A stretch of 6,981 nt of DNA from a virus: UHGV virus genome UHGV-0211273; one strand, 5' to 3'. Both the position numbers and the translations under genes were made by a program. The notes beneath the pieces are model-generated. The model was not told the origin of the DNA. It saw only the letters and a program-made list of their open reading frames with translations, and did not search any database. This document shows positions 1 to 6,183 of this stretch, piece after piece. Positions within the stretch are counted from its first letter, which is position 1. Every line of letters begins with the position of its first letter.

Positions 1-108
1 CTGTGCGTGTTCTGCCGCCGACACAAGCACGTACCCACCACACTGCGATGCAGGCTCCCCGGTGGGTACAAGCGTCCCCTCAGCTGTCAGAGACACGCAC
101 ACGGCCAT
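1..108 (-). CDS. 5' part of an 85-aa minor coat (pVII/pIX-position) protein; continues across the junction at 6981
   Basis: ATG at 108, 3 nt after the ssb stop; 36 open codons MAVCVSLTAEGTLVPTGEPASQCGGYVLVSAAEHAQ ending exactly at base 1. Confidence 0.8.
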   Translation of the reverse strand, partial: MAVCVSLTAEGTLVPTGEPASQCGGYVLVSAAEHAQ

Positions 109-111
109 GGC

Positions 112-414
112 TTAAGCCTGAGCAGCCGGGCGCACGGGCGCCTTCGACAGCGGGCGCAGCACTGTGAACTTGCTCAGCGAGGCCACGCCCTTGTTGATCT
201 GGAGCATGGACTCGACATCGAACTCGTAATCGCCGGGCGGGTAGCCGGGCTGGCCGTCCTGGAGGCGGACGTCATACGGGTAAGCGAAGCCATCCGATTC
301 AAGGCGTGCCTTCTGCTTGCGGGTGGTGTAGCTGATCTGCTCACCCTTGTTGCCCTCGAACGTGCCGCCGCGCTCTTCGATTTCGGCTTTCAGGACGGTT
401 ACCTTGATGCTCAT
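112..414 (-). CDS. gV: Single-stranded DNA-binding protein (gene V-like), 100 aa
   Basis: Size and position directly after rep; YPPGDY motif and beta-rich pattern typical of inovirus pV; SD-like AAGGGG upstream. Confidence 0.88.
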   Translation of the reverse strand: MSIKVTVLKAEIEERGGTFEGNKGEQISYTTRKQKARLESDGFAYPYDVRLQDGQPGYPPGDYEFDVESMLQINKGVASLSKFTVLRPLSKAPVRPAAQA

Positions 415-420
415 ATGTAG

Positions 421-1527
421 TTACCCCTTTGAGGTTTGCTGTACGGCCGCGATTTCGGGCCAGTGCGCTGCTGTGTCACCTGTGACCCACTTCGGCAGCG
501 ATGGCGAAGTGCAGGATTCGATTACCGCCCGCAATGCCTGATCGTCAGGGCAGTTCTTGGCGATGAAATTGAGGGCTGCGCCGTACTGGCGGCGGATGTG
601 GCGGCGTACGCTCTTCCACGTCGCCTCAACGGCGGCTTTCGTGATTTCGATGCGCGTGGCAACACAGCGCAGAAAGGACAGCACCGGATAGGCCCCGAGT
701 AGGTAGGAGGCCGGATCACGCAGAATGTCGAGGGGCAGTTCCTTGCGGTTGGAGTTGCGGAACTGCGCCTCATAGCGCACCCACGGCGAACTCTTGTCGC
801 CTTGTTCCCTGCCCTTCTCGTAGACGCGCAGCTGCTTCTCCGACTTCTTGCCGCCCACATAGAACGTCTTGCCGTCGCCGCTGTCGTAGTCGTCCACCAG
901 CTGCGCCTTCGGGCGCTGACCACGGTTATCGAACTCGCCAGCGGCGTACCACTTCTGCGCCAGACGCAATGGGTATTCGCCCACCAAGTCATCGGCGCAC
1001 ACGTCAACACGGGTGATCCTTCCGGCGCAGCTTTCGAGCTTCGCTCGAAGCTCCAGCCACCGCTGCGCATGGCCGCAGCGCGCTGCGCTTATCGCCTTGC
1101 ATCCATCACCGGTTAGCTCGATGCGTGCGGTATACGTCCCATCGGCGCGGCGGCACTCTTCGCCGCCCAGTTCGATCATGCCGACGAACTTCTTGGCCGC
1201 GTCGATGATCTTGATTCGCCACGTGTAAAAGCGACCGCCGCCTGCTGCTTCGTCCAGTTCGAGGCCCAGCCCTGCGAAGAACCAGCAGAACACCTGCAGG
1301 GCCGCAATACGTGCGTTTTCCGGGGAGAACTCGATCCACTGGCGGACCTCTTCGAAGCTATCGCCATCACGGAACGCGACTTCATCCAGCGCTGCGCGCA
1401 GATCGATGGAAGCGGAGAACCAGTCGATGCCGACCGTCAGGGTTCCCTCGGGGTTCCTGAATTCACTGACTCCCCTGTTAGACGAGGGGAGTCCCGACCC
1501 GGCCAGCACCGCGCGATCACCGACCAT
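421..1527 (-). CDS. Rolling-circle replication initiator, Rep_trans family (368 aa from ATG 1527)
   Basis: Motifs IDWFS, ITRVDVCAD, GKTFYVG, LRVYEKG (putative catalytic Tyr) and WVRYE. ATG 1527 is preferred over the track's 1584 start because it overlaps the end of the upstream small gene. Confidence 0.93.
   Translation of the reverse strand: MVGDRAVLAGSGLPSSNRGVSEFRNPEGTLTVGIDWFSASIDLRAALDEVAFRDGDSFEEVRQWIEFSPENARIAALQVFCWFFAGLGLELDEAAGGGRFYTWRIKIIDAAKKFVGMIELGGEECRRADGTYTARIELTGDGCKAISAARCGHAQRWLELRAKLESCAGRITRVDVCADDLVGEYPLRLAQKWYAAGEFDNRGQRPKAQLVDDYDSGDGKTFYVGGKKSEKQLRVYEKGREQGDKSSPWVRYEAQFRNSNRKELPLDILRDPASYLLGAYPVLSFLRCVATRIEITKAAVEATWKSVRRHIRRQYGAALNFIAKNCPDDQALRAVIESCTSPSLPKWVTGDTAAHWPEIAAVQQTSKG
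1468..1493 (-). other. Putative double-strand origin (nick-site hairpin) within rep
   Basis: Minus strand GACTCCCCT-CGTCTAAC-AGGGGAGTC: perfect 9-bp stem with CTAA in the loop, as in Rep_trans/MOBT nick sites (pT181, ICEBs1). Confidence 0.78.
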
Positions 1528-1693
1528 TGGCGCGGCCCTTCCAGAGCTTCCACAGGCGACGGATCGCAAGCCATGACTGCTCAATCACGATTGAAGCTAT
1601 TGCGCTGCCGAGGCAAGCGACAATCAGCGCAGCGCATGCGAAAAGGCCCATATCGGCCTCCGCAAGTTCGGCGGCAAAGGTATGGATGCTCAT
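1517..1693 (-). CDS. Small membrane protein, 58 aa (not in ORF track)
   Basis: MSIHTFAAELAEADMGLFACAALIVACLGSAIASIVIEQSWLAIRRLWKLWKGRANGR; ATGA overlap with the upstream gene; 11-nt overlap with the rep start; hydrophobic segment followed by a basic tail. Confidence 0.72.
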   Translation of the reverse strand: MSIHTFAAELAEADMGLFACAALIVACLGSAIASIVIEQSWLAIRRLWKLWKGRANGR

Positions 1694-1917
1694 GCGACTC
1701 GCTCCTGGGCTTCGGCCAGCTCAGCGGCAGCGAGCAGATCACCGCGCTTCGTGGCCGCAATCTCGGCCCGCGCGAGTGCGATGACCTGGGCTTCGCGCAG
1801 CTGCTGCGCGGCGGTGTAATCACGCCGGTCGAGCAACCACGAAACGATGCGAGCGCCGCCAATGGACACGGCCACGATGGCGGCCAGCAGCGCGAAGGTA
1901 ATGAGCGGATCGATCAT
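1690..1917 (-). CDS. Small protein, 75 aa, with N-terminal TM helix and Ala/Glu-rich helical tail
   Basis: MIDPLITFALLAAIVAVSIGGARIVSWLLDRR...AQERVA; SD-like GGGGA upstream of ATG 1917. The track's extension to 2061 runs through the promoter/operator region. Confidence 0.75.
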   Translation of the reverse strand: MIDPLITFALLAAIVAVSIGGARIVSWLLDRRDYTAAQQLREAQVIALARAEIAATKRGDLLAAAELAEAQERVA

Positions 1918-1929
1918 CCCTGTTCCCCT

Positions 1930-1980
1930 ACCCCAAGCCCCAAGGAAACCCGCCAGCGGCCTTGGGGTGCCGGTGGCGGG
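1930..1980 (-). promoter_or_regulatory. Structured 5' leader (hairpin with alternative or pseudoknot pairing)
   Basis: Stem 1949-1960/1969-1980 (11 of 12 pairs); the 8-nt loop 1961-1968 is perfectly complementary to 1930-1937; alternative stem 1938-1945/1960-1967. Confidence 0.5.
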
Positions 1981-1982
1981 AC

Positions 1983-2059
1983 CGCCTACATCCGTAGGCG
2001 ATGGGGCTTTATACGCGCCTACATCCGTAGGCGTCAACACCTGTAGGCTACACCCGTAC
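1983..2059. promoter_or_regulatory. Operator array: two identical 18-bp palindromes plus two degenerate cores
   Basis: CGCCTAC-ATCC-GTAGGCG at 1983-2000 and 2016-2033; CAAC-ACCT-GTAG at 2035-2046; CTAC-ACCC-GTAC at 2048-2059; lies between divergent genes next to an HTH gene. Confidence 0.8.
2008..2037 (-). promoter_or_regulatory. Sigma70-like promoter for the leftward replication operon
   Basis: Minus strand TTGACG (2037-2032), 18-nt spacer, TATAAA (2013-2008). Confidence 0.7.
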
Positions 2060-2076
2060 ATGAACCCGAGGCAGCT

Positions 2077-2550
2077 ATGGACTGGAATGACTTCTTTGAG
2101 CGGACCCGCGTAGCGGCCAAGGTCGAGAGCTATTCAAAGCTGGCGCCGCTGCTGGGAATTACAGATGGCGCAATCGGCCACTACCGCATGGGCAGGCGTG
2201 TGCCGCAGGTGTGGGTGGTGGCGGATGCGCTCCGTATCCAAGGGCATCCGGAGCCTGAAAAGCAGGCAATTGAGATCATGAAACGTGCGGCGCTGACCTC
2301 GCCGGAGCGTACCTTCTGGAAGCGCTTAGCGGCGACGGCAATGGCGCTATGCCTAGCTGTTGGCTTCGCTCTGCCCCACAAGGCTCAGGCGGCGGTCACG
2401 GGCTTCGATAACGCCCACGTTGTATACATTATGCGAAATGCTGTATCGACCTTGGCACGGTTCGTCGGCTCCGCGTGGCAATGGCTGGGCCTCTGGCTCG
2501 GCTCTTGCCTGCGTCCTCAATCCCCGGCCAAGGATGAGATCGCGGCATGA
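2077..2550 (+). CDS. HTH transcriptional repressor (DUF3693-like), 157 aa, containing attP
   Basis: HTH-like SYSKLAPLLGITDGAIGHYRMGRRVP; FWKRLA motif; SD GAGG at 2068-2071; divergent from the rep operon. Confidence 0.82.
   Translation: MDWNDFFERTRVAAKVESYSKLAPLLGITDGAIGHYRMGRRVPQVWVVADALRIQGHPEPEKQAIEIMKRAALTSPERTFWKRLAATAMALCLAVGFALPHKAQAAVTGFDNAHVVYIMRNAVSTLARFVGSAWQWLGLWLGSCLRPQSPAKDEIAA
2412..2439 (-). other. dif-like attP (XerCD site)
   Basis: Minus strand ATTTCGCATAA-TGTATA-CAACGTGGGCG: good XerC arm, canonical central hexamer, degenerate XerD arm. Plus strand TATACATTATGCGAA (2423-2437) matches the core I recall for Xanthomonas inovirus attP sites (Cf1c/XacF1). Confidence 0.88.
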
Positions 2551-2927
2551 TTGAGTTTGACCCGCACCAACGTATCGACTTGACCGGCCCTTGGGCCGGT
2601 TTTTCTTTCCTCGGTGATCGCCTGATCACCCCCGAAGGCCGCGAGCTGCTTCCCGAAGATCTGGCCTGGCTGTCACTCACCGCCTGCCAAGCGCAGGAAT
2701 GGCGCCGGATGATGGAAACTGCGCGCTCGAGGCCGTCGATCGACAGTTCCAGAAATGCGCGCAATCGCGATGCCGGCATCCGCCATCATCCTGCCACTGT
2801 CGTCAATCTGCGAGACGTGGTGAGCCGGCGCAAACAGCGTTCGGCGGTGGTGATGGCTGGCCCTGACGCCGAGCCACCCGCAGCAGACCTACCGGCGCCG
2901 GGGCCAAGGCGCCGCGAGCGCGTGTGA
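2547..2927 (+). CDS. DUF3653-family phage protein (XafT-like candidate Xer activator), 126 aa
   Basis: Motif GPWAGFSF..DRLITPEGREL.PEDL; ATGA overlap with the repressor stop. Confidence 0.78.
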   Translation: MIEFDPHQRIDLTGPWAGFSFLGDRLITPEGRELLPEDLAWLSLTACQAQEWRRMMETARSRPSIDSSRNARNRDAGIRHHPATVVNLRDVVSRRKQRSAVVMAGPDAEPPAADLPAPGPRRRERV

Positions 2928-2936
2928 AGCGTTTCC

Positions 2937-2955
2937 GTAGGGGCGCTGCCCCTAC
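2937..2955. terminator. GC-rich hairpin between convergent genes (terminator or packaging-signal candidate)
   Basis: GTAGGGGC-GCT-GCCCCTAC, 8-bp perfect stem in the 36-nt gap; no clear U-tract on either strand. Confidence 0.45.
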
Positions 2956-2963
2956 ACCCCGGT

Positions 2964-3371
2964 TCATTGCTCGCGGCAGCGCAGCCATTCGCCCTTGGCA
3001 TTTCGCAACTGTTCCCAGCCGTTGTTTAGGCGGCGCATTGCGGTGCCCCCCATACAGGCAGCGCCCAGCTGCTTTGCCTCGGCGCTCCCGTAGGCTGGCA
3101 TGCGAACAATCTCGCTCGATGGCGTTGGTAACCCTTGGCGACGCGCCTCGCCCTGTATCAGGGATCGCTCAATTTCCGCGCAATAGAGCCGGATGCGCGG
3201 ATCAAGGTGTTGCTGGCATTTCAGCGGCTCAGCGCCAAGGTTGCTCGCCTTCGGTGTTGGCGGCGTGTACCTGGACGGTGGCTGTGGACCGGTGGCCGAG
3301 CGTAGTTGTTGCGCATGCGCAGGTGCCCACAGCAGCAGTAGAGCCAGCACTAAGCCTGATCGAATGTCCAT
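2964..3371 (-). CDS. Secreted/periplasmic protein of unknown function, 135 aa
   Basis: Signal peptide MDIRSGLVLALLLLWAPAHA-QQ; Pro-rich linker; four Cys; follows zot. Confidence 0.78.
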   Translation of the reverse strand: MDIRSGLVLALLLLWAPAHAQQLRSATGPQPPSRYTPPTPKASNLGAEPLKCQQHLDPRIRLYCAEIERSLIQGEARRQGLPTPSSEIVRMPAYGSAEAKQLGAACMGGTAMRRLNNGWEQLRNAKGEWLRCREQ

Positions 3372-3413
3372 TTCGCCCCCAAGGTTCGGGGGCATGGTAT
3401 CCCATTGCGAAAA

Positions 3414-4706
3414 TCAGAAGCTCGCCGGATATGGCGGCGTCTCTGGGAACGTGCCCAAGGGGCGCTTCCCAACTGCAATTAGGGTGCTCCCGTTCGCCGC
3501 GGCGGTGGTCGGCTGTGTCTCGCTCGCGCTCGTCACAGGCGACCCCGCCGCAGCCTTTATGCGCGCGGTCGTCGCATCGGACTGCTCGCCAAACGGGTCT
3601 ACGGGCCAAGTCGTGGCAATGATCTCGTGCCCCTTAGCGCTCAGTAACACGCCGAATTCGGTTCGCCTCACAGACCAGCCCAGCGCCCACAGCTGCTCAG
3701 TGGTGAATCGATCAAGTACTTGCCCGCCGCCTGACGCGCGAAACTCCACGATGTCGCGCTGGCCGTACCACCCGGCGTGCCTCGCCCTGGCATTGGCCGC
3801 CATGTCCAGAATGTACTGAACGCCCGCAGGCAGCTTCTCCTTCGTCTTGGGCGTCTCGGCAACCTTTGTGACCACCGTGGCCGGCTGAGCACCCGGCGCG
3901 TGCGCTATCGCGGGAATTGCGGCCTTCTGCGTCTTGACAACTTCCTTTAGCTTGCTTTCCTCGCCCGTTGAACCGTCTGCGAAGAAGAACCGCAGGAACA
4001 TCACCACGCCAATGACAAGTGCAAGGCCCATTACGATTGATGGGCCGCGCAGGGTTTTCCACAGAGTGCGCGTGTTTCCCTTGTAGACCTCATTGGACTC
4101 AATGCCCGGCTGTACGCCGTGGTAGAGCTCCCAGATGGCCGGATCGTACTTGCGGACTTCTGTGCCCACCGTTTCGTATTTGCCGGTGCCAGTGGCCGCA
4201 TAGAACCGCACCGAGTAGCGCTGATCGGACCCCAGCGCGTCGAGCTTGGTATACGTGTTCTTCTTCGCCATGCGGCGGATGATCAGGCGGTGCAGGTCTT
4301 TGCAGTCCTGCGAAATGATCACCATGTCCAAGCTGATATGGCCGTGCTTGGCGAAGAAGTTTGCTGCGCGCTCGGGCAGATTGGCACGATTGGTCGGCCA
4401 GTACTCGTGCGCCTCATCGATCACGATCAGTGCGTGCTTCTCGATATGCGGGAACGAAATGGCGCCATCGTTGTCGGTATCGCATACGCACCAGTCAACC
4501 ACTTCCTTGTCGCCCATCACGTGCACCAGCTCGCGCACCTCTTCTTCAGGCATGCCCAGGTGCGCGGCGATCTTGTCGAGGCTCTCCCCTACCCCGTTTA
4601 GGCGCACGTAGACATGGCGCTTGGCGCGCAATGCAGGAAGGATGTGATGCAGAACCGCCTCGTAGCTCTTGCCGCTGCGCGGCAAGCCTTCATGGCCGAA
4701 GATCAT
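3414..4706 (-). CDS. zot: Zot/pI assembly (morphogenesis) ATPase, 430 aa
   Basis: Walker A GLPRSGKS, Walker B LIVIDEAH, IISQ motif, single TM SIVMGLALVIGVVMFLRFFF; ATG 4706 is 4 nt after the pVI stop. Confidence 0.95.
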   Translation of the reverse strand: MIFGHEGLPRSGKSYEAVLHHILPALRAKRHVYVRLNGVGESLDKIAAHLGMPEEEVRELVHVMGDKEVVDWCVCDTDNDGAISFPHIEKHALIVIDEAHEYWPTNRANLPERAANFFAKHGHISLDMVIISQDCKDLHRLIIRRMAKKNTYTKLDALGSDQRYSVRFYAATGTGKYETVGTEVRKYDPAIWELYHGVQPGIESNEVYKGNTRTLWKTLRGPSIVMGLALVIGVVMFLRFFFADGSTGEESKLKEVVKTQKAAIPAIAHAPGAQPATVVTKVAETPKTKEKLPAGVQYILDMAANARARHAGWYGQRDIVEFRASGGGQVLDRFTTEQLWALGWSVRRTEFGVLLSAKGHEIIATTWPVDPFGEQSDATTARIKAAAGSPVTSASETQPTTAAANGSTLIAVGKRPLGTFPETPPYPASF

Positions 4707-4710
4707 TTCG

Positions 4711-5109
4711 TTACGTCCACTGGAAGAGAGTGAGGAACACCCGCACAAGGCGGAATACAAGTGCAGCCGTCAGTACTGCGATAGCCTCACCGACGCGCAG
4801 CTGGGCAACGATGAAGGCGGTCCACGGCCCCGCAGCGTTAAGCATTGCGCAGAAGCTGATCTGCGACAGGAAATCAGGCGCTGGAATGAGGTACACGATG
4901 GCCTTGACGAACGACAGCACAAGCTCGATGAAGTCGGTCTGCAGATCCGTCATGAAGTCGGAGAAGTCCGCCCACAACGACGTGATCTGTTCCTTTGCCC
5001 ACGTGGTAAGGGCGGTGACCGGCCCTACCCCATCGGCATATGCCCACGAAGCTGACAGCACGAGCACAATCAGCGCAGCAGCCAGCACGATCAGATGATT
5101 GCGCCTCAT
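4711..5109 (-). CDS. gVI: pVI-like minor coat protein (DUF2523-like), 132 aa
   Basis: Lies between pIII and zot; hydrophobic with C-terminal FRLVRVFL; ATGA overlap with the pIII stop. Confidence 0.82.
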   Translation of the reverse strand: MRRNHLIVLAAALIVLVLSASWAYADGVGPVTALTTWAKEQITSLWADFSDFMTDLQTDFIELVLSFVKAIVYLIPAPDFLSQISFCAMLNAAGPWTAFIVAQLRVGEAIAVLTAALVFRLVRVFLTLFQWT

Positions 5110-6101
5110 AGCAGTGCCCACCTCAGCGCCACGATGCCCATGCCTGCAAGGAAGACAAATCCGGCGTACTGGAACAGCTGTAGCAATGGGCCAGAGCACA
5201 GCGAGGCCAGGTCAAACTTGCCTGCGTACTGTCCACCATCCCACGTTGCAGTCGGACAAGTGCCACCGCCTGTGCAGCTGCCGAAGAAGCCTTTGACCTT
5301 CGACAAGATCGGGGCGCCTTCAATGGCCGTCTTGAACTCCGCTATCACCTGCTGAACCGTCTTGCCGGACTTCTTGTAGAGGCGCCCTGTCGTTGGTCCC
5401 GGCGCCCCTCCGTCACCGCCCTCGCCCGTTCCCGGGCCCGGTCCGGGCCCCGCACAGCCATCCGGGTCTTTGCAATCACCATCCCCGTCGCCGTCCCCAT
5501 CACCATCACCATCACCATCACCGGGCCCGGTGCCACCGCCGCCATCACCGCCCCCGCCGTCACCTCCACCATCGCCACCCCCGTCACCGCCGCCGTCACC
5601 TGGACCGGTTCCGCCTCCATCTCCCCCGCCTTCACCCGGGTCGGGCGTAGTAGGCGCAGGGTGATCGTCTGTCGTGCAGGTGGCACCGGTGGGAGAGAAG
5701 AGGCGCCCGGTTGGCGACTGTGCATAGAGCGAGCCACTGTATGCGCAACCATCGCTGCAAACGCTGTCGAGGCCGGTGCTACCGCCCCCCTTCCAACTGG
5801 TTTCCTCAGGTCGCGCAGAGCACACGCCGCTGTAGTAGAACGACTCCACCGCAATCTGGCGGTAGTTGACGCATTCGGCGCCCGTAATGCCACCGACAAA
5901 GGTGGTAGGTCCAGATGCAAGCACACAAGCTGCATAGCCAGGGCGACCCGCCGCCTGTCGTTGCGAGTAGGCCATTGCCGCAGCGTAGGCCTTACCTTGA
6001 TCGCATTCTGACTCAGATCGGCACGGCTCAGCAGCACGGACGCCCATGGGCATCCAGTAGCTGCCTAGCAGTACTGCTATCAGCAGTATCAGGCGTGTCA
6101 C
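5106..6101 (-). CDS. gIII: pIII-like adsorption protein, 331 aa
   Basis: Signal peptide; Cys-rich N-terminal domain; long Gly/Asp linker; C-terminal domain ending in a TM anchor; GTG start. Confidence 0.9.
   Translation of the reverse strand: MTRLILLIAVLLGSYWMPMGVRAAEPCRSESECDQGKAYAAAMAYSQRQAAGRPGYAACVLASGPTTFVGGITGAECVNYRQIAVESFYYSGVCSARPEETSWKGGGSTGLDSVCSDGCAYSGSLYAQSPTGRLFSPTGATCTTDDHPAPTTPDPGEGGGDGGGTGPGDGGGDGGGDGGGDGGGGDGGGGTGPGDGDGDGDGDGDGDGDCKDPDGCAGPGPGPGTGEGGDGGAPGPTTGRLYKKSGKTVQQVIAEFKTAIEGAPILSKVKGFFGSCTGGGTCPTATWDGGQYAGKFDLASLCSGPLLQLFQYAGFVFLAGMGIVALRWALL
5395..5640 (-). repeat. Low-complexity coding repeats (GDGGG, GD, GPG linker of pIII)
   Basis: (CCATCA)4 at 5497-5520 and degenerate Gly/Asp codon repeats; boundaries approximate. 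Confidence 0.8.
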
Positions 6102-6181
6102 TGGCTGGCCTCATTGAATGCCAGGGCGACCGCATGACCAGCAAGACCGCCAATGAACGCAAAGACCATGCACACAAGCAT
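6098..6181 (-). CDS. 27-aa hydrophobic peptide, candidate pVII/pIX-like minor coat protein (not in ORF track)
   Basis: MLVCMVFAFIGGLAGHAVALAFNEASQ; SD GGAG 5 nt upstream; GTGA overlap with the pIII start. Confidence 0.68.
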   Translation of the reverse strand: MLVCMVFAFIGGLAGHAVALAFNEASQ

Positions 6182-6183
6182 CG

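Noticed and set aside
1528..1584. Longer rep start given in the ORF track
   Set aside because: It lies inside the 58-aa gene; ATG 1527 fits translational coupling better, though this is not proven
1983..2033. Identical repeats as a mini CRISPR array
   Set aside because: Only two 18-bp copies with a 15-bp gap and no cas genes; position over a promoter fits operators
3403..3414. CATTGCGAAAAT as a second dif-like arm
   Set aside because: Weak partial match with no central hexamer
3414..4706. Zot as an enterotoxin/virulence gene
   Set aside because: The features seen are those of the inovirus assembly ATPase; nothing in the sequence supports toxin activity
2924..5098. Long plus-strand ORFs (2924-3622, 3193-3819, 4119-4601, 4361-5098)
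   Set aside because: Antisense to well-supported genes in GC-rich DNA, with no recognisable motifs
5393..5664. His-rich and Pro/Ser-rich plus-strand ORFs
   Set aside because: Antisense shadows of the pIII Gly/Asp linker
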